The position numbers and the translations under genes are program-made. A stretch of DNA of 48,628 bases from Halobacteriaceae archaeon (GTDB lineage: Archaea > Halobacteriota > Halobacteria > Halobacteriales > Halobacteriaceae). Numbering within the stretch: the first letter of the stretch is position 1; each line of letters begins with the position of its first letter. Below are positions 1 to 8,117 of the stretch, in pieces. Where the stretch lies: assembly GCA_042216675.1 (NCBI GenBank), contig JBDGTS010000021.1:1-48628 (forward strand), in the 5' to 3' direction. Under the pieces are notes generated by a model. It had not been told where the DNA came from. It saw only the letters and a list, made by a program, of their open reading frames with translations, and did no database searches.

Positions 1-1479
1 TTCAACGACCACCAGACCGGCGCGATGATGTCGGTCATCAACTCCGACATCAACCGACTGGAGAACTTCTTCAACGGCGAGATTCGGATGATCGTCCGCG
101 CCATCGTGATGTTCGCGGCCGTCGGCGCGTACATGGTCTACCTCGCGCCGGAACTCGCGCCCATCGCGCTGGCGCCGATGCCGTTGCTCGCCTACGTCAC
201 CGCGAAGTTCATCGTCTGGATCGAGCCCAAGTACCAGCGCATCCGCGAACTGGTGGCGGAACTCAACACGCGCCTCTCGAACAACCTCGGCGGCGCGCCG
301 GTCATCAAGTCCTTCGACCGCTACGGCGTGGAACTCGACCGCGTCACCGACCAGAGCGCGGAGTACCGCGACGAGAAGATTCAGGCCATCACCGTGCGCC
401 GGGTCTTCTTCTCCTCGCTCCGCCTCGTCATCGGCGCCACGTTCGTCCTCATCCTCGTCTTCGGCGGCCAGACGGCGATTCAGGGCACGCTCTCGGCGGG
501 CACCTTCGCCGTCTTCTTCATGCTGATGCGCCGCCTCGACGGCCCGATGACCCGCATCGGCAAGACGGCGAACAAGTACCAGAAAGCCAAGTCCAGCGCC
601 GAACGCGTCTTCGGCATCCTCGGCCACGAACCGGCCATCACCGCGCCCGACGACGCCTACGACCCCGAGTCGGTGTCGGGAACCGTCGAGTTCGACGACG
701 TGACCTTCAGCTACGAGGGCGTGGACGAACGCATCCTCGGCGGCGTGAGCCTCGACGTCCCCGCCGGCGCGACGGTGGGCCTCGCGGGCACCAGTGGCTC
801 CGGAAAGTCGACGCTCCTCAAACTCCTCTCGCGCTTCTACGACGTGGACGAGGGCGCGGTCCGCGTCGACGGCGTCGACGTGCGCGACTTCGAACTGCAG
901 ACGCTCCGCGACGAGATCGGCGTCGTGGAGCAGAATCCGTACATGTTCTCGGGCACCATCTACGACAACATCGCCTACGGTGACCGGGACATCTTCCGGG
1001 ACCTCTACGAGTCCGCCGAGGACGAGGTGCCCGCCGAGGCCGACGAGAAGGTTCGGGAGGCCGCGCGCCTCGCTGGCGCCGAGGCGTTCATCGAGCACCT
1101 CCCCGACGGCTTCGACACGCAGGTCGGCGAGCGCGGGGTCAAACTCTCCGGCGGCCAGCGTCAGCGGGTCTCCATCGCCCGCGCACTGCTGAACGACCCC
1201 TCCATCATCGTCCTCGACGAGGCCACCTCCGACGTGGACACGGAGACGGAGGAGATCATCCAGGAGAACCTCGAACAGTTGGTCGAGGACCGCACGGCGT
1301 TCGTCATCGCCCACCGCCTCTCGACGATTCAGGACGCCGACCGCATCGTCGTGATGGACGACGGCCACATCATCGAGACGGGGACCCACGACGCCCTCAT
1401 CGACTACGAGGGAACCTACGCCAACCTCTGGCACTCGCAGGCCGACGCCACGACGCCCCCGGTCAGCGCGGACGACTGA
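1..1479 (+). CDS. ABC exporter, fused permease/ATPase (MsbA/MdlB-like), 5'-truncated by the window edge
   Basis: Frame is open from base 1. TM helices, then Walker A GTSGSGKS, signature LSGGQRQR, Walker B IIVLDE and IAHRLS. Confidence 0.93.
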   Translation, partial: FNDHQTGAMMSVINSDINRLENFFNGEIRMIVRAIVMFAAVGAYMVYLAPELAPIALAPMPLLAYVTAKFIVWIEPKYQRIRELVAELNTRLSNNLGGAPVIKSFDRYGVELDRVTDQSAEYRDEKIQAITVRRVFFSSLRLVIGATFVLILVFGGQTAIQGTLSAGTFAVFFMLMRRLDGPMTRIGKTANKYQKAKSSAERVFGILGHEPAITAPDDAYDPESVSGTVEFDDVTFSYEGVDERILGGVSLDVPAGATVGLAGTSGSGKSTLLKLLSRFYDVDEGAVRVDGVDVRDFELQTLRDEIGVVEQNPYMFSGTIYDNIAYGDRDIFRDLYESAEDEVPAEADEKVREAARLAGAEAFIEHLPDGFDTQVGERGVKLSGGQRQRVSIARALLNDPSIIVLDEATSDVDTETEEIIQENLEQLVEDRTAFVIAHRLSTIQDADRIVVMDDGHIIETGTHDALIDYEGTYANLWHSQADATTPPVSADD

Positions 1480-1523
1480 CCAGTTCCGGAAAGACCTTTT
1501 CGCTGTCGGGCGTACCCTCGACC

Positions 1524-2714
1524 GTGTCGCACCGCCGCGCACGCGTTCTCCTCGCCGGCGTCGTCTTCGCGGTTCTGCTCGCGCAGGTCCTCCTGTATCC
1601 GGGCATCGACCTCCTCCTCCCGATGCTGGCGCCCGGCGCCGCCGAATCCGCGAGCATGTGGTTCCTCGCGGCCGAGTTCGCGGCCTTCGTCGTCTTCGCA
1701 CCGGTGTGGGGCGCGCTGAGCGACCGGACCGGCCGCCGCCTGCCGTTCGTCGTCGTCGGCGCCCTCGGCGCGGCCGCGGGCTACGCGCTTCTCGCCGCCG
1801 TGCCGCGGTTCGGCGGCGCATCGCTGGCCGTCGTCCTCGCCCTCCGCGTCGCGCAGGGCGCGGCCACCATCGGCGCCTTCTCGCTGGCGATGACGATGCT
1901 CGTGGACTTGGACGGCGGCCACGGCCGGAACATGGGCGCGGCGGGCATCGCCATCGGCCTCGGCACGGCGATGGGCGCGCCCCTCGGCGGCCAACTGTAC
2001 GAGGTGGACCCGATCGCACCTCTCTACGCGGCGAGTGCGCTCCTGTTCGTCGTCGGTCTCGGCGCGGCGTTCGTCGGCGACAGGGCGCCCGCACCGGGCG
2101 AGCGCCGAATCGCGGCGGCGCTCGCCACCGTCCGCGACACGCCGACGCTGTTGATTCCGTTCGCCTTCGGTTTCATCGACCGCCTCACGGCGGGCTTTTT
2201 CGCCTACGTCGGCCGCGACTACTTCCGCGAGGCGTTCGCGCTGTCGCCCGGCGACACCGGCCTGATGCTGGCGCTGTTCTTCGCCCCCTTCGCCCTGTTC
2301 CAGTACCCCTTCGGCGTCCTCTCGGACCGTGTCGGCCGCACCGGCCCCATCGTCGCCGGGTCGGCGCTGTACGGCGTCGCCGTCGTCGCCGTCGGGTTCG
2401 CGCCTACCGTGGCGCTGGCGGGCGCGGGGATGGTCCTTGTCGGCGTCATCGGGGCGCTGATGGCGCCCGCGACGATGGCGCTCGTCTCGGACCTCGCGGG
2501 CGGCGACGAACGCGGCGTCGCCATCGCGGGCTTCAACGCCGTCGGGAGCGTCGGCTTCCTCGCCGGCATCGTCGTCGGCGGCACCGTCGCCGCGGCCGCT
2601 GGCTTCGACGCCGCCTTCCTCGTGGCCGGGGGCGTCGAAATCGCGCTGGCCGCGGTCACGCTGCCGTTCTTCCTCCGACTGGGACTTGGTCGCGTCGCCG
2701 CTTCGAGCCCCTGA
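1524..2714 (+). CDS. MFS transporter
   Basis: About 12 hydrophobic segments. MFS motif A appears twice (GALSDRTGRR, GVLSDRVGR). Confidence 0.9.
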   Translation: MSHRRARVLLAGVVFAVLLAQVLLYPGIDLLLPMLAPGAAESASMWFLAAEFAAFVVFAPVWGALSDRTGRRLPFVVVGALGAAAGYALLAAVPRFGGASLAVVLALRVAQGAATIGAFSLAMTMLVDLDGGHGRNMGAAGIAIGLGTAMGAPLGGQLYEVDPIAPLYAASALLFVVGLGAAFVGDRAPAPGERRIAAALATVRDTPTLLIPFAFGFIDRLTAGFFAYVGRDYFREAFALSPGDTGLMLALFFAPFALFQYPFGVLSDRVGRTGPIVAGSALYGVAVVAVGFAPTVALAGAGMVLVGVIGALMAPATMALVSDLAGGDERGVAIAGFNAVGSVGFLAGIVVGGTVAAAAGFDAAFLVAGGVEIALAAVTLPFFLRLGLGRVAASSP

Positions 2715-2803
2715 TTCGGCCCGTTCTCGCTTCGAAGCGGAGCTATTGCCGGGCCGCGGGAACTCCCGCCGAACTCTTGTCGGCCGCGCAACTATCCTCA
2801 CGC

Positions 2804-2962
2804 ATGGAGATACCGATCGATCGGCTCGGCATCCTCGGGATCTTCGGGGTCCTCGGCGTGTGGACGAACGAGCCCCCCCTCTACGCGCTGTTCGCCCTCT
2901 TTGCCCTGTTCGCCACCGATCGGACGATCACGCTTCCCATCGGAGACTCGGCGGACCGCTGA
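2804..2962 (+). CDS. Small hypothetical membrane protein (52 aa, MEIPIDRLGILGIFGVLGVW...)
   Basis: ATG at 2804 fills the intergenic gap. Two short hydrophobic segments and GC3-rich codons. Confidence 0.6.
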   Translation: MEIPIDRLGILGIFGVLGVWTNEPPLYALFALFALFATDRTITLPIGDSADR

Positions 2963-3055
2963 TCCGGCGGCAGCCCGGTTGGTGCGAGCCGAATGCGACG
3001 GTGGACCGACCAGAACAGCGGTGCGCTTTTGCCCCGTCTGTCGGTAGCCCCGGAC

Positions 3056-3970
3056 ATGGACCCGCCGCCCACCTCCGTCCTCCTCCCCACCGTCTCGTGG
3101 ACCGACGCCTGCGGCGAGGTGGCCGATCAGATTCGCCCCGACGACGAACTGCTCGTCGTCTGCGACCACCCCGACGACCCGGTGGCCGAACGCGTCCGGA
3201 AGGCGCCCGCGAACGTCCGCCTCGTCGTCGCCGGCGACCCCGAGGGCTGTTCGGGGAAGGCCAACGCCATCGCCGCGGCGATGGACGCGGCCCGCCACGA
3301 CCGACTCGTCTGGACCGACGACGACTTCCACCACCCGCCGGACTGGCTCGACGGCCTCCACGCGGCCTACGAGCGTCACGGGCCGGTGTCGGAACTCCCG
3401 TTTTTCGTCGGCCGCGACTCGCTCTCGACTCTCCTCGAACCGATGTACGCGCTCGGCGGGACGCTCGGCGTCTACGCCGACGACAAGGTGTGGGCGGGCG
3501 CGGTGCTGTTCGAGCGCTCGGACCTCGACGAGGACGCGTTTCTCGCCGACCTCCGGCGCACCGTCAGCGACGACGGCCTGCTCTCGGAGTATCTCGACGC
3601 GACGGCGCTCCGCCGCGTCCGGCGCGTCGAGGTCGGCGGCTCGATCCGCGCGTCGCTCGAACGCCACGTCCGCTTCACGAAAATCGTCGCCCGCCACGAC
3701 CCGAACGGCCTCGCACCGACGGCGCTCGTGACGACGGTCCTCGCCGCGATGTGCCTGCTCGCGCCCCTGTTGGCCTTCGGTGTGACCTCGCTATTCGCCG
3801 CCGGCGTCTACGCCTACTTCGGGGTCCGCCGGACGACGGCGTTCCTGCTCTACCCGGCCGTCCTCGCGCAGGCGCCGCTGACGGCGTACGTCCTCGCCCG
3901 ACGCACGTTCGTCTGGGGCGGCCGGCGCTACCGGTGGCACTCGAAGTTCGACGTCGAGGTCCTCGGCTAG
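3056..3970 (+). CDS. GT-A fold glycosyltransferase (GT2/GT21, ceramide-glucosyltransferase-like) with C-terminal TM segments
   Basis: SVLLPT start, GKANAI, WTDDD (DxD) and SDDGLL motifs, and a C-terminal WGGRRY. ATG at 3056 is preceded by TTTTG at about -28. Confidence 0.8.
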   Translation: MDPPPTSVLLPTVSWTDACGEVADQIRPDDELLVVCDHPDDPVAERVRKAPANVRLVVAGDPEGCSGKANAIAAAMDAARHDRLVWTDDDFHHPPDWLDGLHAAYERHGPVSELPFFVGRDSLSTLLEPMYALGGTLGVYADDKVWAGAVLFERSDLDEDAFLADLRRTVSDDGLLSEYLDATALRRVRRVEVGGSIRASLERHVRFTKIVARHDPNGLAPTALVTTVLAAMCLLAPLLAFGVTSLFAAGVYAYFGVRRTTAFLLYPAVLAQAPLTAYVLARRTFVWGGRRYRWHSKFDVEVLG

Positions 3971-4749
3971 TAGTCGCCCAGCACCCCGAGTCGCCGCGCC
4001 CGCCGCGTCGCGAGGGTGAAGGCGACGTAGCCCGCACCGAGATAGCCCACGGCCGTCGCGACGAGGACGGCCAGCGCCGTCGGCTCGAACTCCCAGAGGC
4101 GGACGCCCTCGGTCATCGCTCGCTGGAGGAGCGCGCTCCCCTGTGCCAACGGGAGCGCCTTCAGCCACGGGATGTCGAAGGCCGGGGCCGAGATGAGGCC
4201 GATGAAGCCGAACTGGACGAGGTTGATGACGTTCCCGATCTGCTTGTAGAGGACGCTGAGGCCCCCCATCGCGAACCCGAGGCCCAGCGCCGACGCGATG
4301 GCGAGCGACGCCACCGGCACGACGGTGAGGACGTTCACGTCGAGGCTCGTCCCCGTCATCGCGAGCATCACGGCGAGGACGACCGTCGAGGTGAGAAACG
4401 TCCGGAACACGATGGCCACCGCCTTCGCGAGCATCACCGGGCCGAAGCCGAAGGGCGTGATGAAGTGGCGTTCGAGGGTTCCCCAACTCGCCTCCGAGCG
4501 CACCTCGTTCGTGATACCCGAGTAGGCGCCGAGCGACAGCGTCCACAGGAAGTAGCCGACGACGAGGCCCTCGATGCTGTCGCTGATGGCCTCGCCGGCG
4601 AGGAGGTTCCCGCCGTAGAACATCACGCCGAAGAAGAACACGCCCATCACCAGCCCCAGCGCCGCGTTGACGGGGTAGCGCACCCACACCAGCAGGTCCC
4701 GGTAGACGACGGCCTTCAGCAGGTGGTAGTAGCCGCCCGTTCGGTTCAT
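3967..4749 (-). CDS. ABC-2 type exporter permease
   Basis: Six TM segments and an EAxxGTLE loop. Its start overlaps the stop of the ATPase gene (ATGA). Confidence 0.88.
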   Translation of the reverse strand: MNRTGGYYHLLKAVVYRDLLVWVRYPVNAALGLVMGVFFFGVMFYGGNLLAGEAISDSIEGLVVGYFLWTLSLGAYSGITNEVRSEASWGTLERHFITPFGFGPVMLAKAVAIVFRTFLTSTVVLAVMLAMTGTSLDVNVLTVVPVASLAIASALGLGFAMGGLSVLYKQIGNVINLVQFGFIGLISAPAFDIPWLKALPLAQGSALLQRAMTEGVRLWEFEPTALAVLVATAVGYLGAGYVAFTLATRRARRLGVLGDY

Positions 4750-5747
4750 CGCTCTGCCTCCTCGGTCATCTCGACGAACGCCTCCGCGAGGTCCGGTTGC
4801 ATCGTCTCGACGCCGTCGAGTTCGACGCCGTGGGCCTCCAGCACGTCCGTGAGCCGGTAGAACGCCGCCGAGTCGCCGGCCACCTCGATTCTGGTGCGAC
4901 CGTCGAGGTCCGTGACTTCGGTCACCTCCACCGCCTCGCGGACGGCCGCCACCGTCGCCGGCGCCACGTCGCGGGCCGTGATGCGGTAGCCCCGCGTCTC
5001 GAAGCCGGCGAGCAGGTTGTCGACGGTGTCGTCGGCGACGACGCGGCCCCGACTCATGATGACGACCCGGTCGCACACGTCCTCGATGACCTCCATGTCG
5101 TGACTGGAGATGACCAGCGTCAGCCCGCGTTCCTCGGCGAGGCGGACGATTTCCCGCCGGAGTTGCAGGGAACTCTCCACGTCGAGTCCCAGCGTCGGTT
5201 CGTCGAGGAACGCCGCCGACACGTCGCCGGCGAGGGCGCTGGCGAGCGACACTTTCTGCTTCATCCCGCGGGAGAGCGCCCGTACCTGCGTGTCCGCCTC
5301 GTCCGCGAGGTCGAAGCGCTCCAGCAGTTCGACGTGCCGGTCCGCGAGCGAATCGGGGTCCCGGCCGCGGATGGCCGCGAAGTAGCGGAGGTTCTCGCGG
5401 ACGGTCAGCCGCCAGTAGTCGTTGCGCGCGCCCTCCAGCATCGCGTCGACGTGGGCGTAGGCCGCACGCGGCCGTTCAGACACGTCGACGCCGCGAATCC
5501 GCACGTCGCCGGCGTCGGGTTCGACCAGCCCCAGAATCGACTTGATGGTCGTCGTCTTGCCGGCGCCGTTCGGCCCGAGTAGTCCCACGACTTCGCCGGG
5601 TTCGACGGCGAAGGACACGTCCGCGACGGCCGTCACGTCCCCGAACTGTTTCCGGAGACCCTCGACGTAGAGGGCCGCGTCGTCCGGGTCTATCGCCGGC
5701 CGCTCGGTCGCGGCCTCCGCCTCTCCCTCCGCAGTCGCGCGTGCCAT
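4746..5747 (-). CDS. ABC-2 type exporter ATP-binding protein
   Basis: GPNGAGKT, LSRGMKQK, FLDEPT and SSHDM motifs. Confidence 0.93.
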   Translation of the reverse strand: MARATAEGEAEAATERPAIDPDDAALYVEGLRKQFGDVTAVADVSFAVEPGEVVGLLGPNGAGKTTTIKSILGLVEPDAGDVRIRGVDVSERPRAAYAHVDAMLEGARNDYWRLTVRENLRYFAAIRGRDPDSLADRHVELLERFDLADEADTQVRALSRGMKQKVSLASALAGDVSAAFLDEPTLGLDVESSLQLRREIVRLAEERGLTLVISSHDMEVIEDVCDRVVIMSRGRVVADDTVDNLLAGFETRGYRITARDVAPATVAAVREAVEVTEVTDLDGRTRIEVAGDSAAFYRLTDVLEAHGVELDGVETMQPDLAEAFVEMTEEAER

Positions 5748-6098
5748 CTGTTCTCGCCCTCTAGTCCTGTCGGAGTCATAAACTTTCTCACGGCGACGAT
5801 ACGGCGCGCCGAAACTATCGAGAAAAAATTCTGTAACGAAGTTTAGTAGTTCCTATCCGAGAATCGGGCGGCAAAATAATTTCGAAAAAATAATTTGGGA
5901 AAGAACTCTAAAACTGGACTTTCATTCCGATACACCCGATACAATCGCTATCTTGGCGCCGATAACTGGAAATAGAGAACAGGAGTAGAATCCCGATAAT
6001 CATACGTAGAATGTTCTTTCCTCTATATTCTCGGATAAATTATTTTTCTCTCGCGCCGTTCCCGCCACTCTTTTGACCCCCCGCTTCGAGTCGCCGCC

Positions 6099-8114
6099 AT
6101 GCAGACAGGAGTATGCTACTTCCCGGAGCACTGGTCGCGGGACCAGTGGGCCGAGGACGTCTCGCGGATGGTCGACGCGGGCATCGAGTACGTCCGGATG
6201 GGCGAGTTCGCGTGGACGCGTTTCGAACCCGAACCGGGAACCTACGACTTCGAGTGGCTGGAAACCGCTGTGGACCTCGTCGCCGACGCGGGGATGCAGG
6301 CGGTCCTCTGTACGCCGACGGCGACGCCGCCGAAGTGGCTCGTGGACGAGCATCCCGACATCAGGCAGGAGGATCAGGACGGCACGGTGCGGCAGTTCGG
6401 GAGCCGTCGTCACTACTGCTTCAACTCCCCCGTCTACCGCCGCGAGTCGCGTCGCATCGTCTCGGCGCTGGCGGAGCACTTCGCGGGGCACCCCGGCGTC
6501 GTCGGCTGGCAGACCGACAACGAGTTTGGCTGTCACGACACGCTTCGGTGTTACTGCGACGACTGCGCCAGTGCGTTCCGTGACTGGCTTCGCGACACCT
6601 ACGAGGACGTCGACGCCCTCAACGAGGCGTGGGGAACCGCGTTCTGGAGCCAGACGTACCGCTCGTTCGGCGAAATCGACCCCCCGCGGCGAACTCCCGC
6701 GAACCATCACCCGGCGCACCTGCTGGACTACCATCGCTTCACCAGCGACCGCGTCGCATCGTACAACCGCCTCCACGCCGACATCCTGCGCGAGGCCGAC
6801 GACGACTGGTTCCTCACGCACAACTTCATGGGCGACTACGGCGCGCTCGACGCCCGCGACGTGAGCGACGACCTCGACTTCGCGTCGTGGGACTCCTATC
6901 CGACGCTCCACGCCCAGACCGGGGGCGACACCGACCCCGCCATCGACACCGAGAGCGAGGAAATCCAGCGCGCGGGCGACCCCGACGTGACCGCACTGAA
7001 CCACGCGCTGTACCGGTGTGCCGGCGACGGGCCGTTCTGGGTCATGGAGCATCAGGCCGGCGACATCCGCGCGTTCCCCTATTCCGCGGAACCCGCCGAC
7101 GGGATGCTCCGCGTCTGGGCCCACGCGTCCGTCGCGCACGGCGCCGAGACGGTGTCGTACTTCCGGTGGCGCCGCTGTCGGTACGGCCAGGAGCAGTACT
7201 GGGGCGCGCTGTGTGACCGCGACGGACGCGCCGACCGGGGGCTCCAGTCGGCGACGCAGGTGGCCGAGGAGTTCGAAGCGCTACCGGACCTCGGGCCAGT
7301 TGAGGCGGACGTGGCGCTCCTGCACGACTACGACAGCCTGTGGGCCATCGAGGCCGAACCCCACTCGCCCGAGTTCGACTACTGGTCGCATCTGCGGACG
7401 TACTTCCGCGCGTGCCGGCGCCACGGCGCCACCGTGGACGTGGTCGGACCCGATGCGGACTTCGGGGACTACGAGGCCGTCGTCGCGCCGTCGCTGTACG
7501 TCCTGCCGTCGGGCCTCGCCGAGCGACTCGCCGACTACGTCGCCGACGGCGGCGACCTCGTGGTGGGCGCGCGCTCCGGGTACGCTGACGCCGCGGACAC
7601 ACTCCACGACGAACCGTCCCCCGGTCCGCTGGCCGACGTCGTCGGAGCGACCGTCGAGCAACACGAGAGCCTCGCGCCCGGCGTCGAGACGACTGTCGCC
7701 TACGACGGCGCGGACTACGACTTCCGCGTGTGGGGCGAGTGGCTAGACGCCGAGGCGGGGTCGGCGCTCGCGACGCACCGCTCGGGGCCGGGCGCGGGGG
7801 CGCCCGCGGCCGTCCGAAACGACCACGGTGCGGGCACGGCCACCTACGTCGGCGTCTGGCCGGGCACTCGTCTCGCCGATGCGCTGGTGAGCGACCTGTT
7901 GGGCCCGGCGCTCCCCCGCGACGAACCGCTCCCCGACGGGGTCCGTCTTGCGCACCGCGGCGGCTACACGTGGGTCCTCAACCACGGCGCGGCACCGGTG
8001 CGCGTCGAGACGGACGCGGCCATACTCCTCGGCGACGCCCACGTGAGTGGTCACGATGTGACGGTGGTCGAGGCTGGGCCGGACGCCGTCGACGTTGACG
8101 TCGTCGCGGAGTAA
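6099..8114 (+). CDS. bgaH: GH42 beta-galactosidase
   Basis: GVCYFPEHW start, RMGEFAW, TPTATPPKWL, DNEFGCH (acid/base), CYCDDC, VMEHQ (nucleophile) and YFRWR. TTTTGA at about -28. Confidence 0.93.
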   Translation: MQTGVCYFPEHWSRDQWAEDVSRMVDAGIEYVRMGEFAWTRFEPEPGTYDFEWLETAVDLVADAGMQAVLCTPTATPPKWLVDEHPDIRQEDQDGTVRQFGSRRHYCFNSPVYRRESRRIVSALAEHFAGHPGVVGWQTDNEFGCHDTLRCYCDDCASAFRDWLRDTYEDVDALNEAWGTAFWSQTYRSFGEIDPPRRTPANHHPAHLLDYHRFTSDRVASYNRLHADILREADDDWFLTHNFMGDYGALDARDVSDDLDFASWDSYPTLHAQTGGDTDPAIDTESEEIQRAGDPDVTALNHALYRCAGDGPFWVMEHQAGDIRAFPYSAEPADGMLRVWAHASVAHGAETVSYFRWRRCRYGQEQYWGALCDRDGRADRGLQSATQVAEEFEALPDLGPVEADVALLHDYDSLWAIEAEPHSPEFDYWSHLRTYFRACRRHGATVDVVGPDADFGDYEAVVAPSLYVLPSGLAERLADYVADGGDLVVGARSGYADAADTLHDEPSPGPLADVVGATVEQHESLAPGVETTVAYDGADYDFRVWGEWLDAEAGSALATHRSGPGAGAPAAVRNDHGAGTATYVGVWPGTRLADALVSDLLGPALPRDEPLPDGVRLAHRGGYTWVLNHGAAPVRVETDAAILLGDAHVSGHDVTVVEAGPDAVDVDVVAE

Positions 8115-8117
8115 CCC

